From positions 2,126,099 to 2,158,098 of the forward strand of contig CBDCNV010000001.1 of the NCBI GenBank assembly GCA_965219535.1: 32,000 nt of DNA, given 5' to 3'. The notes beneath the pieces are model-generated. The model was not told the origin of the DNA, did not search any database, and was given only the letters and a program-made list of their open reading frames with translations. Numbering within the stretch: position 1 is the first letter of the stretch; each line of letters opens with the position of its first letter. The DNA comes from Opitutales bacterium (GTDB lineage: Bacteria > Verrucomicrobiota > Verrucomicrobiia > Opitutales > PNEW01). Positions 16,740 through 26,037 of this stretch are shown piece by piece. The position numbers were made by a program, and so were the translations under genes.

Positions 16740-17174
16740 CTATTTCTTTTCCAGATATCGTTTCATGGCCCGGATCGTAACCTGTGATGCATGGTGCTCG
16801 ATTCCCTCGGCGTCTATGGCCGCGGTTTTCATTGGAACGCCCAAAGCGACCAGAAAATCGATGACAATGCGATGCCTCTCCCTGCTCTTGCTGGCCAATT
16901 TTCGTCCCATCGAAGTGAGAAAGATGGCTCGGTAGGGTTGGGAACGCACGAGTCCGGATTGCTTGAGGCGTCCAATCGTCTTCGAGACGGTCACGTGCGA
17001 GACACCCAGGGCATGGGCGAGGTCGACCGCTCGCGCTTCCCCCTTCTCGCTGATAAGATCATCGATGAGTTCAACATAGTCTTCCGCAATCTCGTTCTGG
17101 TTTCTGTGACGGGAGTTTACATAAGCGTTCGTGGAGCGCGTTTCACGCGCTTTCCCTGTGATATGTGCGCTCAT
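16740..17174 (-). CDS. DtxR/MntR-family metal-dependent transcriptional repressor (144 aa, no SH3/FeoA domain)
   Basis: EDYVELIDDLISEKGEARAVDLAHALGVSHVTVSKTIGRLKQSGLV...RHRIVIDFLVALGV...DAEGIEHH is the typical winged-helix plus metal-site helix layout. Confidence 0.8.
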   Translation of the reverse strand: MSAHITGKARETRSTNAYVNSRHRNQNEIAEDYVELIDDLISEKGEARAVDLAHALGVSHVTVSKTIGRLKQSGLVRSQPYRAIFLTSMGRKLASKSRERHRIVIDFLVALGVPMKTAAIDAEGIEHHASQVTIRAMKRYLEKK

Positions 17175-17251
17175 TTCTTTATCCTTCTGGTTCCTGATAC
17201 TGTTTTCATAGGACTGTTTATGGTCCGGCTTAACCTGAAGCTAGCGAAATC

Positions 17252-17265
17252 TTAGTAGAGACTAA
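17252..17265. promoter_or_regulatory. candidate operator: inverted repeat TTAGT-AGAG-ACTAA upstream of the repressor gene
   Basis: Read directly. The TTAG...CTAA half-sites recall DtxR-type boxes. The site lies ~80 bp upstream of the ATG at 17174, and a further TTAGTA lies 20 nt beyond. Not validated. Confidence 0.3.
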
Positions 17266-17285
17266 TATATTTATTCAATGATAAA

Positions 17286-17754
17286 TTAGTAATTCTCGCT
17301 TAAAAAAAAGGCCCTCCTTAATCGAACCGGGGGAACCAACTGCTTGAGCATGGCCCCATCCATTCTCGCCGCGTGAAACCCGTGAAAGTGCATCGAGTGA
17401 GGCCGGTCTCCCAAATTAAGAAAAGTAATTTTTATTCGCTCACCCTCAGCAGCGCGAAGGGTGGGTCCGGGAACATGCCCATTGTATGTCCAGGCGGGAA
17501 AAAATACTCCCGGGGCAATTTCAATTTCCTTGTTAACGGCATGAACATCGAAGAGTGTGCCCGTCGGGAAGTTTTGAAACTGTCCCCTCCATATAATTGT
17601 CTAAATATCGATCGAGATCGAGCGCTTCCGAAGTCACATCTCCCACCGTTCTATTGCGAAAGGGTGTGAGATCGAGGCCATCGAGACCACGAGGTATCTC
17701 CTTATTCTCCATCTCTAAAGAAGATACAGAGTGTGCCATATAAGCGGCACCCAT
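17286..17754 (-). pseudogene. multicopper oxidase / cupredoxin-domain fragment (frameshifted, truncated, no start)
   Basis: Own minus-strand translation: ...LPDGHTL(frameshift)FDVHAVNKEIEIAPGVFFPAWTYNGHVPGPTLRAAEGERIKITFLNLGDRPHSMHFHGFH..DG. This is the first cupredoxin domain with an HxH copper motif. The rest of the protein is absent. Confidence 0.6.
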
Positions 17755-17807
17755 GAGAACAATGGAACCTAAAAAGATAAATATATAACTTCGGCAACTA
17801 TTTATCT

Positions 17808-19133
17808 TTAAAAAATAATTTGAGATCTTATTCCGAAGACGATGGCGTCTTTCTCGCCTTCATGTGGATTAAAGATTATCTGTAGATCAGGTTGTAACGT
17901 AAACCAGGGGGTAATTACTCCCTGATAAGTTAATTCAAGCACACTCTCTGTACTGGATACCCCAGGATTTGCTCTTACATAGTCGTCACTGAAATCGGTA
18001 TGCAAAAATCCTATTCCGAGGATGTCTTCTGAACGTTGTCCAAAAGGACCAATCCAATTAATACCGAAGTCGGTATAAAGTGAGACGACATTTTTTTCTG
18101 CATCGGGGCTATATCCCAATCGCCACCAACCGGTGAATGAATCCGATAACTCCTGGTTGATGGCAAAGTAAATACTCGAATTGCCATTTACCGTATTACC
18201 GGTATTAAAATCTATAAACTCTTCCCCACTGTGGTAGAAACCACCGATCTTATATACACCTTCTCGACCCAATATATTCGACGTTACCCCGGTTTCAAAC
18301 ATGTAGAGAAATCCCTCTACCCCTCCTAATTTGACATGCAGTCCATCGTCATTGATCTCTTCATCACCGATATTGCCATCGTAAATTCCCATTTGTATAA
18401 ACGTATTCTCGCTCGGCTCAGCATATAACAACGCTCCGAGCGCTCCGATCGGCCAGATCGGAGCTGCATTGTTAAGCGACTGCGTGGGCATCGGACCAAA
18501 ACCGCTGTTAATAAAAAGTCCCGATGAATCCGCGATCATAAAATCGTCATCGAGATCAATTAACCCAACTCTTATTGCCATTGATCCTTCCATTAATTCC
18601 TGCTCGTACCACAGTTGAAATAGACGCGAGGTATTAAAGGCGACAATATTGCTTAAAGCATTGATATCACCAGCAAAGGCACTGGGGTCATCTCCGTGAA
18701 TCGTTTGTCCATGGATATGGACCAACGCGCCCGGTATTCCTACCAGGTTTTCTAAATAAAAATCCGCTCCAAAGTCGGCCAATCCCTGCCAGGTAGTAGC
18801 TGTTTCATTTCCACCGTCAAGCACACTGAAAAACTCACCCGTATATCCAAGAAAGGGTTGCACTCCCCTCTCCCTCTCTTCCAGTTGGCTGCTTACCCAA
18901 TCCGCGGCGTGGGCGCTATTCGTTTCCATACCTGCTTCCTCAAAGAGTGCCATCTCTTGAGCCCAAGCACTGTGCGCCACGGTAAGGCTAGAAATGAATA
19001 TTACGCTGAGAAAAACCCTACCCAAAAAATAACCAAAGTTTTTCTCGGTCCTATATGTAAGCTCCTTATTCATATCTATATAGGTACTTGCTTTTATCAC
19101 CGCGGATCTGGATGAGATTGCATTTTTAGGCAT
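17808..19133 (-). CDS. OprB-family (carbohydrate-selective-type) outer-membrane porin
   Basis: Signal peptide ...SSLTVAHSAWA. OprB-like core (RVGLIDLDDDFMIADSSGLFINSGFGPMPTQS...PIWPIGALGA). C-terminal aromatic residue (..QIIF). An alternative start Met lies at 19073. Confidence 0.7.
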   Translation of the reverse strand: MPKNAISSRSAVIKASTYIDMNKELTYRTEKNFGYFLGRVFLSVIFISSLTVAHSAWAQEMALFEEAGMETNSAHAADWVSSQLEERERGVQPFLGYTGEFFSVLDGGNETATTWQGLADFGADFYLENLVGIPGALVHIHGQTIHGDDPSAFAGDINALSNIVAFNTSRLFQLWYEQELMEGSMAIRVGLIDLDDDFMIADSSGLFINSGFGPMPTQSLNNAAPIWPIGALGALLYAEPSENTFIQMGIYDGNIGDEEINDDGLHVKLGGVEGFLYMFETGVTSNILGREGVYKIGGFYHSGEEFIDFNTGNTVNGNSSIYFAINQELSDSFTGWWRLGYSPDAEKNVVSLYTDFGINWIGPFGQRSEDILGIGFLHTDFSDDYVRANPGVSSTESVLELTYQGVITPWFTLQPDLQIIFNPHEGEKDAIVFGIRSQIIF

Positions 19134-19251
19134 AGGTCAAGGACTTTTTGTAAATATAAAATATTTTATTTGAATAATCAAAATAACTGTGAATAATTTA
19201 AGTTTGATAAGAAAATAAATAACCCCTATCAGAATTTAAAGAGCCCCTTCC

Positions 19252-19908
19252 ATGGTCACAAGCACGGTAGAAGATTACATTAAGCAAATCTATCTGGAGC
19301 AGATAGAATCAGCTGATGGTCCGGTATCCATGGGGCGTGTGGCAAATTCTCTGGGCGTGGTTCCGGGAACCGCAACGACGATGGTAAAATCCCTGGCCGA
19401 CTCAGAGCTGTTGAACTACGAACCGCGCGTGGGAGTAAGATTAACGGAAGCGGGTGAAGAGCTGGCCTTGCAGATGTTACGACGTCATCGTCTTATAGAG
19501 CTCTTCCTCGTGGAAAAACTAGGCCTCGATTGGTCTGAGATCCATGAAGAAGCGGAGAAGTTGGAGCATGCCATCTCAGACAGGGTTCTCGAAAAAATAG
19601 ACGCCTTACTCGGTCATCCAAAGGTTGATCCCCACGGAGATCCTATACCCACGGAATCCGGAAATCTAAATAAAGAACAATTAAAGAATCTGTGTAATTG
19701 TGAGCTTAATCAGCCTTTGCACATTGCGCGCATTACTGATCAATCACCTGTATTTCTTCAATTTATTAATAAAAGTGGACTCATGCCGGGAGTGAAATTG
19801 ACAGTTCAGGAACGAGAACCCGCCGCTTATGCGATTACCCTCCAATTCGCGAATGGGAAAAGCCTCATTGTCGGCTCTCCAGCCGGCGAGAAAATTCTTG
19901 TTGAGTAA
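19252..19908 (+). CDS. DtxR/IdeR-family metal-dependent regulator with C-terminal SH3-like (FeoA-type) domain
   Basis: VEDYIKQIYLEQ..., RRHRLIELFLV, HEEAEKLEH, DPHGDPIP, then a ~70-aa C-terminal domain. Confidence 0.85.
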   Translation: MVTSTVEDYIKQIYLEQIESADGPVSMGRVANSLGVVPGTATTMVKSLADSELLNYEPRVGVRLTEAGEELALQMLRRHRLIELFLVEKLGLDWSEIHEEAEKLEHAISDRVLEKIDALLGHPKVDPHGDPIPTESGNLNKEQLKNLCNCELNQPLHIARITDQSPVFLQFINKSGLMPGVKLTVQEREPAAYAITLQFANGKSLIVGSPAGEKILVE

Positions 19909-19910
19909 AC

Positions 19911-20179
19911 TCCCCCTGGCAAAACGGTTTCATCGAGTCGTTTCACAACCGATTACGCGATGAGTGTTTGAACCGTGAAGTGTTGCTCAGCGTAGCTGAA
20001 GCCCAAGTGGTAATCGAACAATGGCGTCATACCTACAATAATGAACATCCCCACAGTCGTTTAGGCTTTAAAAGCCCACAAGAGTTTGTCAGATTCCTTT
20101 CCGATCTTGGCCACGTTCGGGCTACGCCCTCACTTCGCCAAGATCTCTCATATACATCAATCCTAAAACCATTAACACC
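19911..20179 (+). pseudogene. 3'-terminal remnant of an IS3-family transposase related to copies A-C
   Basis: SPWQNGFIESFHNRLRDECLNREVLLSVAEAQVVIEQWRHTYNNEHPHSRLG...RATPSLRQDL parallels the C-terminus of the copy B protein, including the RATPSLR tail. It starts 3 nt after the regulator stop and is cut by the IS at 20180. Confidence 0.8.
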
Positions 20180-20265
20180 TGACCTGTCCCCGTAAAACTG
20201 GACCAGCAAAGATTTAGTCTGGCATGGGTGGAAAACCTAATAAAAAATAGGAGAAAGAACCACCC

Positions 20266-20538
20266 ATGAAAAATAAAGGAAAACGATATAATAAAGAACA
20301 AATCATCTATGCCCTAAGGCAGGTAGAAGGCGGTCGAAGGATCGCCGAAGTGTGCCGAGAGTTAGGCGTGAGCGAACAGACCTACCACCGATGGAAGGGT
20401 AAATACGCGGGCATGGGAATGAGCGAATTAAGACGGCTGAAGCAACTCGATGAAGAGAACGCCAGTTTGAAGAAGCTGGTAGCTGATCTGAGCCTGGACA
20501 AGCACATGCTGCAGGAAGTAATCGCAAAAAAATTATAA
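20266..20538 (+). CDS. IS3-family transposase OrfA (HTH plus leucine zipper)
   Basis: Track ORF: [20 protein letters not shown]...[33 protein letters not shown]. It ends just after the A AAA AAA run. Confidence 0.9.
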   Translation: MKNKGKRYNKEQIIYALRQVEGGRRIAEVCRELGVSEQTYHRWKGKYAGMGMSELRRLKQLDEENASLKKLVADLSLDKHMLQEVIAKKL

Positions 20539-20543
20539 AGCCT

Positions 20544-21410
20544 GTGCGCAAGAAGGTGATTGCTGACTGGTTAGTGGAAGCTTATGAGGTGAGCAAACGC
20601 CGCGCGTGCAGGCTGATGAAGTTGTATTGGTCGAGTTATAACTACCAGCCGGTGAAGAAGGACGAACGTGCGCTGATCATGCGCATCCGTGACCTCGCCG
20701 CAGCGCGCGTGCGCTACGGGTATCGGCGAATCACGGTGTTATTAAAGCGGGAAGGCTGGACGGTAGGAAAGAAACGCGTTTATCGTATCTACAAGGCCGA
20801 AGGGCTGGAAGTGCGCACGAAGAAACGAAAGAAGCGTGCCGCGCAAAGACGGGTCTCACTGCCCGCGGCTTCAGCAGCCCAGGAGCGCTGGTCGATGGAC
20901 TTTATGAGCGATCGGCTGACCAACGGCCGCCCCTTCCGCATACTCACCGTTGTCGATCAATACACCCGAGCTTGCCCACTGCTTTTGGTCGATACGTCCA
21001 TCGGTGGGCACAAAGTCGCTGCAGCACTTATGAAAGCCGCTGCAGGAATCGGTCTTCCCCAAACCATTACCGTCGATAATGGGCCCGAGTTTTCCGGCAA
21101 AGTACTGGATGAATGGGCTTATGGCCATGGCATCAAGCTGGATTTTATCCGGCCAGGTAAACCCGTAGAGAATGGTTATATTGAGAGCTTCAATGGACGC
21201 TTACGAGATGAACTTCTTAACACCGAGCTATTTTGTACGCTCGCTGAAGCGAAAGAAAAACTTGAAGCCTGGCGGCTTGATTATAATACTCAAAGACCAC
21301 ACAGTTCTCTGGGCTATCGGCCTCCGGCCGAATACGCCCAGAGAGCCATGTCTAAGAAAGTTAAAACCCATACCACCCTGCCGGAACTAACACTTGCTCT
21401 GGTACAGTAA
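20544..21410 (+). CDS. IS3-family transposase OrfB (DDE core; normally made as an OrfAB -1 frameshift fusion)
   Basis: [49 protein letters not shown]. The frame is -1 relative to orfA and open back to the A7 run. Confidence 0.9.
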   Translation: MRKKVIADWLVEAYEVSKRRACRLMKLYWSSYNYQPVKKDERALIMRIRDLAAARVRYGYRRITVLLKREGWTVGKKRVYRIYKAEGLEVRTKKRKKRAAQRRVSLPAASAAQERWSMDFMSDRLTNGRPFRILTVVDQYTRACPLLLVDTSIGGHKVAAALMKAAAGIGLPQTITVDNGPEFSGKVLDEWAYGHGIKLDFIRPGKPVENGYIESFNGRLRDELLNTELFCTLAEAKEKLEAWRLDYNTQRPHSSLGYRPPAEYAQRAMSKKVKTHTTLPELTLALVQ

Positions 21411-21481
21411 ACGGGAGCAGGTCAAGCTGCTGGTGAGAGCGTTTTTGGGAGATGAGGTATACTTGGATACCCCTTGAAGGG

Positions 21482-23734
21482 TTACTCAATCGTTACCTCA
21501 TCGACTTCGACGGTGATCTCCACGTCATCTTCATTAACGAAGGTAGCATTGATGCTCTGTGTTGGCTGAGGGGTGTTGTCGGATTTGAAGTTGTTCTGGG
21601 TGATCAATCGATCGAAGCCGCGCGTCGTCGATCCACTCTCAGCAACCACGATCGAAGCACCGTTCGTCTGCGCCAGGTCACCTCCTGTGATCCGCAACCC
21701 CGGGTTGCCCGCGGCCACCGTGAAGGAACCTGTCCCAAATAGTAAATGCGGTACCGCATCACCACTGGCATCGATGTCACCTACAGTTAAGCGTACCGCG
21801 ATCGGTACTCCACGCGCATCGAAGCCGACCTTGCCCGTGCTTCCACTGAACACGGCATTCGATAACTGCACTCCTCCCATTCCCGTGGAGTTGACTACTT
21901 CCACGAGGGCCACGTCGGCCTGGGCGTCATAGACCTGTCCTTCGGGGAAGAGGGCTTGGTTAAAGGCATTGATTCTACCAACGGTGAAGATACTAAAGAA
22001 GGTATTGGTGTCTGCTCCGTCGATGACCACGCTCGGCTTGCCCGTCACATATTCGACGGCCTGGTTGTAGCGTGGGGGAACGGCCGGAGGCAGGAAAGTG
22101 GCCGGGTCGAGGGATACGGTAAAGGTACCGTTACCTGAGAACTCTACCTGTACAATGTCCTCAGTTTCGTCCATGAAGGAGACGCGGGTGATCTGTCCCG
22201 GTTTGGCTTGGAGTTGGACGGACTCTCCGGTGAGTAATATCTGGTCGAAGACATTACCGTTGGCATGCTGAATGTTTTCACCGGCGATATCGCCCGAGCC
22301 GTCGAGAACGAGGGGAACGGGGGGAGCGGTCACGGTGATGACCGCGGTATCGCTGTCAGCGCTACCTCCAGCGTTAGTTACCTGCACCCAGAAGTTCGTG
22401 CTCGCGGTGAGCGCGCTCGTGGTAATGGTGCTGCCAGTGGCCCCGGCGACGGGACTAGACGTGTCACCACTGCTGCCGGTGTACCACTGGTAAGTATGAT
22501 CGTCACCGCTGGCGACAACGGACAGGCTGGCCGAAGCGCCCGACTGTACTTCCTGGCTCGCCGGCTGGGTGGTGATCGCGGGTCCTTGCGCAGGGGGCGG
22601 TCCGTCCGTGCCGCTCCCCGGGGCACCGATCGGGGTAAATCCGAAATCGTCGATACCGTTACGGGTAAATACACCAACATTCACATCTTCTTCATCACTA
22701 TAAACAATCTTCCCAATGCCTCCTGGTGCTCCCAATTCATCTGCATTAAAGGTAAGAAAAGTAGGTTTAAATAGTGGATCAAGAGCCGTCTCCAAATCTG
22801 TTACCGTCACGAGCAGGTTATCATTAGTATCGAAGACTTCAATTGTGCAATCGATATCTGTCTGATTCCTTACAGGTTCACAATTTGCATAAAAATCCAC
22901 CTCATAAGCCGGAGTTTCAAAGGTGATGGTGAATTCCCCCCCTCCAGCCTCTACAATAAAAGATTGGTTACCAGAATGAACTGATGGGCCGCCGCCACTA
23001 GCTCTAATTCCACCTCCGCTACCACCAGTACTGGTAAAAATAGCGGTATGGGGAGAAGTCCCAATAGAAATAGGTTCCAGTCTACCATCACCTACCCCAA
23101 ATCCATCACTCGACTCAAACCGGGTAAAGACCGTATTATTGTTGGGCTTATCCGTGGGCGTGTAGCCAAGATCATCAATGGAAAATTTTCCTGTAACATT
23201 GAAAATTCTTACTTCTTTTATCCCTTCAAGGAATTCCAGATCCGTAGCATCAAGAAAATTGCCGCTGTCAGCGAGAAAGCTTTGCAAGACAGGGTTGGCT
23301 CCCGGGCTGATGTTAGCCGGCAGTCCTACAACTTCGCCATTATCTCCTATCACGGTTATAACATTAGGAAATCCGCCGGCAAGTCCTCCCTCGTTGTTTC
23401 TATCTCCTCTGACCTCGATTTTGCCGCCCCCTGTTGATTCGGCTGCGTAAAATTCTAAGGTATTAATTCCGCGAAAGCTTATAATTTTCCCTTCCTGACC
23501 GGGCCCAAGAGTTAAAGCTTTCGTTCCTGAGTGTAAAAGCGCTGGATCTTCTAAAGTCTCTATCGTGAAGCCGACAAACTTGATGGTATTCGGTGGTTCA
23601 CCAAGGGTAAAATCACCAGATCCTTCAACATCTTCAAAGTCGATGAATACTTCCTGGTCTTGCGGCAGGGCGATGAGAAGAACAGGGGATAAAACTGTGA
23701 CTATTAAGAACGAGAGCGAATTTTTAAAGGCCAT
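21482..23734 (-). CDS. secreted protein of unknown function with a central Ig-like domain (750 aa)
   Basis: Signal peptide MAFKNSLSFLIVTVLSPVLLIALP. Central segment ITTQPASQEVQSGASASLSVVASGDDHTYQWYTGSS...WVQVTNAGGSADSDTAVITV is an Ig-like module. Flanking domains are not recognised. Confidence 0.65.
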   Translation of the reverse strand: MAFKNSLSFLIVTVLSPVLLIALPQDQEVFIDFEDVEGSGDFTLGEPPNTIKFVGFTIETLEDPALLHSGTKALTLGPGQEGKIISFRGINTLEFYAAESTGGGKIEVRGDRNNEGGLAGGFPNVITVIGDNGEVVGLPANISPGANPVLQSFLADSGNFLDATDLEFLEGIKEVRIFNVTGKFSIDDLGYTPTDKPNNNTVFTRFESSDGFGVGDGRLEPISIGTSPHTAIFTSTGGSGGGIRASGGGPSVHSGNQSFIVEAGGGEFTITFETPAYEVDFYANCEPVRNQTDIDCTIEVFDTNDNLLVTVTDLETALDPLFKPTFLTFNADELGAPGGIGKIVYSDEEDVNVGVFTRNGIDDFGFTPIGAPGSGTDGPPPAQGPAITTQPASQEVQSGASASLSVVASGDDHTYQWYTGSSGDTSSPVAGATGSTITTSALTASTNFWVQVTNAGGSADSDTAVITVTAPPVPLVLDGSGDIAGENIQHANGNVFDQILLTGESVQLQAKPGQITRVSFMDETEDIVQVEFSGNGTFTVSLDPATFLPPAVPPRYNQAVEYVTGKPSVVIDGADTNTFFSIFTVGRINAFNQALFPEGQVYDAQADVALVEVVNSTGMGGVQLSNAVFSGSTGKVGFDARGVPIAVRLTVGDIDASGDAVPHLLFGTGSFTVAAGNPGLRITGGDLAQTNGASIVVAESGSTTRGFDRLITQNNFKSDNTPQPTQSINATFVNEDDVEITVEVDEVTIE

Positions 23735-24036
23735 AACTTTCTCTCTTTAGGTGTTAATGTTCGGTGGAGGGGAGGATTTAAAATTGCCATGAGGAATTAG
23801 TCAAGCAGAGGGGTGAGAGAGACAGACACGTCGCCGAATGGATCTTGAAGCGAGTAATTAAAAGAGTCGAACTGGCTTGAGGGTAAGGCGTAAGGCTCTC
23901 AGGGCAGGCAGGGTTCAGAGTAAGATAGATTATTCCGTTAGGATCAATCCGCAATCCGAGATCGTTTTAAACGTGAATCGTGAATCTTATAACTTGCTTT
24001 AACCTGCATAAAATAGACATGACACGTTGATTCGGA

Positions 24037-26037
24037 TTACAGGTCATACAAACCCTGGAACAGGCACAACAGTTTTTCGTTACGTGAAAAAACCGGGATG
24101 CGTTCAAGTGGAGCATCGACGGTGACGGTGGATCCACCGTCCAGGGTCTCACCTGTCCATGCATCCACCCACTGACAATCGGCTGGCAAGTAAACCTCGC
24201 GCTCCCTGGCTTGATACTTGGTGATCGGGGCTACGAGAAGATCCGATCCGAAGAGAAACGCGTCTTCTATCTCGGCCGTATTCTCATCGTCATCGAAGTC
24301 GAAAAAGAGCGGGCGCATGGGTGGAATTCCCCGCTCTGATGCCAACTTCATTTGATCCATCACGTAGGGGCGCAGTCGCTCTCTTAACATCATTGCAGCC
24401 CTGATGTATTTGTAAGAGTCGCCACCTACGGTCCAGGCTTCGTTGTTATGGCTATGACCATGCGAGCGAAAAATGGGCGTAAAAATGCCGTATTGGTACC
24501 AACGGATCATGATCTCATGAAAACGGTCGCTCGCATTATCGGGTGTGACAAACCCGCCAATTTCTGATGCTCCCCAAGGGATGCCACTCATCGACAGGTT
24601 GAGCCCCGCCATCATGTACTCATGCAGGTGCTCGAAGGAACACATGATATCGTGGGCCGCCGGCGAGGCTCCATAACGCTGCGAACCTGCCCAGGAACTG
24701 CGGCAGATGGTTACGACCTCGTTTTCTCCGGCTGAAAGCAGACCCTCGTAGATGTTCTTCTGGTGGGCGATCGGATAGTAGCAGTTTACTTCAATTCCCG
24801 GTCCGATATGATAGAGCACCTGGTCGTAATCTTGTAACTGGTGAAAATCGTCACAGGTATCGAGCCAGAAAGTTTTTATGCCGATATCGAAGTAGTTTTT
24901 CTTCCATTTGTTCCAGAGATACTTTCCGGCTTCGGGATTAGTCGGGTCGTAGGAGTACTTCTGTGGATCTTCACCCGGTACTCCGCGAAAATTGACGGTG
25001 TCCTTTATTCCATCGATTGAGCTGGTGAACAACCCCTGCTTTTTCATCGGCTCGAAGTTTTCGCTCGTTTTGTCGACCACGGGCCATGGCGATATCATGA
25101 TACGAACTTCCATCTCATCGAGCTCTCGCACCATCGCTTCCGGGTCCGGCCAGAATTCCGGATCGAGCTTCCAGTCGCCGGTGCAACTCCAGTGAAGGTA
25201 ATCAATAACCAGCACCGAGAGGGGAAGGCCAAGCCGCTTGAACTCCCTCGCCACCTCCAGAAATTCCTCCTGGGTTTTGTAGCGGTTCTTGCACTGCCAG
25301 AAGCCAGAAGCCCAGTAAGGCAACACCGGTGCGTGACCTGTCACGTCAGCGTAGTGCTCCATGATCTCGGCGTAGGAATCACCGGTCGTCAGGTAGTAGT
25401 CGACCTGTCTGCAACCGCGAGAGATCCAGCGGGTCAAGTTATGACCAAACTCGGCTCGCCCCAGCGAAGGGTTGTTCCAAAGGAACCCGTATCTTTCGCT
25501 GGAAACGAGGAAGGGCACGACATGTTTCACATGGCGCTGGTAGAGGTCGATGACACAGCCTTTCAGGTTCACCCGCCCCGTGGCATTCAACCCCATACCG
25601 TATAGCCTTTCCCCATCCTTCGCCGTAAAGTGCGTTTCCGTGTAAAAGAGGCCGTCATCCCGAGGCTGGAAAATGCGCGTTCCCGGGTTGTGCGCGGGGG
25701 CGACATAGTCATGCTCACTGAGGATGCAGGTTTTTTCACCGTCTCCTGTGTGGCGAAAAAACTGCAGGTACCCGGGCTGCGTTTTTATATCGCTTATCGA
25801 TGCTGAGATCTTTCCGTTTCGAATAGTAGCTTCGGCGTCGTTGATAGTGATCTTTGATTCAGTGGGGACAACCTTTTCGGTCAATGCCCAGGCAGTATCG
25901 ATAATGGTACCACCTGCAGTGACACGGACCCGCAGGCCGTCGGGACCCCACGGTGTAATGGAAATCGTTTCACCATCTCGATTGTGAAAGAGGGAGTCTC
26001 CGACCTGCTCTACTCTACCGGCTACTGTGTCTGACAT
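24037..26037 (-). CDS. glycoside hydrolase family 31 (alpha-xylosidase/alpha-glucosidase-like)
   Basis: The size and layout are GH31-like: N-terminal beta-sandwich, then a (beta/alpha)8 region with ...VLVIDYLHW..., IKTFWLDTCDD, FTPIFRSHG. No signal peptide. Family call is from motif memory only. Confidence 0.65.
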   Translation of the reverse strand: MSDTVAGRVEQVGDSLFHNRDGETISITPWGPDGLRVRVTAGGTIIDTAWALTEKVVPTESKITINDAEATIRNGKISASISDIKTQPGYLQFFRHTGDGEKTCILSEHDYVAPAHNPGTRIFQPRDDGLFYTETHFTAKDGERLYGMGLNATGRVNLKGCVIDLYQRHVKHVVPFLVSSERYGFLWNNPSLGRAEFGHNLTRWISRGCRQVDYYLTTGDSYAEIMEHYADVTGHAPVLPYWASGFWQCKNRYKTQEEFLEVAREFKRLGLPLSVLVIDYLHWSCTGDWKLDPEFWPDPEAMVRELDEMEVRIMISPWPVVDKTSENFEPMKKQGLFTSSIDGIKDTVNFRGVPGEDPQKYSYDPTNPEAGKYLWNKWKKNYFDIGIKTFWLDTCDDFHQLQDYDQVLYHIGPGIEVNCYYPIAHQKNIYEGLLSAGENEVVTICRSSWAGSQRYGASPAAHDIMCSFEHLHEYMMAGLNLSMSGIPWGASEIGGFVTPDNASDRFHEIMIRWYQYGIFTPIFRSHGHSHNNEAWTVGGDSYKYIRAAMMLRERLRPYVMDQMKLASERGIPPMRPLFFDFDDDENTAEIEDAFLFGSDLLVAPITKYQAREREVYLPADCQWVDAWTGETLDGGSTVTVDAPLERIPVFSRNEKLLCLFQGLYDL

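Larger units (their letters stand above)
20180..21424 (+). mobile_element. IS3-family insertion sequence with IS407-like ends, apparently intact
   Basis: Left end: TGACCTGTCCCCGTAAAACTGGACCAGC at 20180. Right end, reverse complement: TGACCTGCTCCCGTTTACTGTACCAGAGC, ending at 21424. orfA and orfB are in -1 register with an A7 slippery run at 20526-20532. No flanking direct repeat seen. Confidence 0.85.

Noticed and set aside
17373-17669. Plus-strand ORF of 98 aa between the repressor gene and the porin.
   Set aside because: The opposite strand carries clear multicopper-oxidase homology (WTYNGHVPGPTL..HSMHFHG). The plus-strand ORF is its shadow.
19156-19169. Perfect 14-bp palindrome ATAAAATATTTTAT in the porin/regulator divergent region, considered as a metal-regulator operator.
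   Set aside because: It consists only of A and T in a very AT-rich spacer, where such palindromes arise easily by chance. It has no resemblance to DtxR/MntR/Fur consensus half-sites.
22265-23450. Several 70-170-aa ORFs on both strands inside the 750-aa gene (22265..22774, 22272..22493, 22378..22680, 23048..23437, 23178..23450).
   Set aside because: They fall in the GC-rich or codon-biased parts of a long, signal-peptide-bearing ORF and show Arg/Gly/Pro-rich nonsense composition. They are shadow ORFs.
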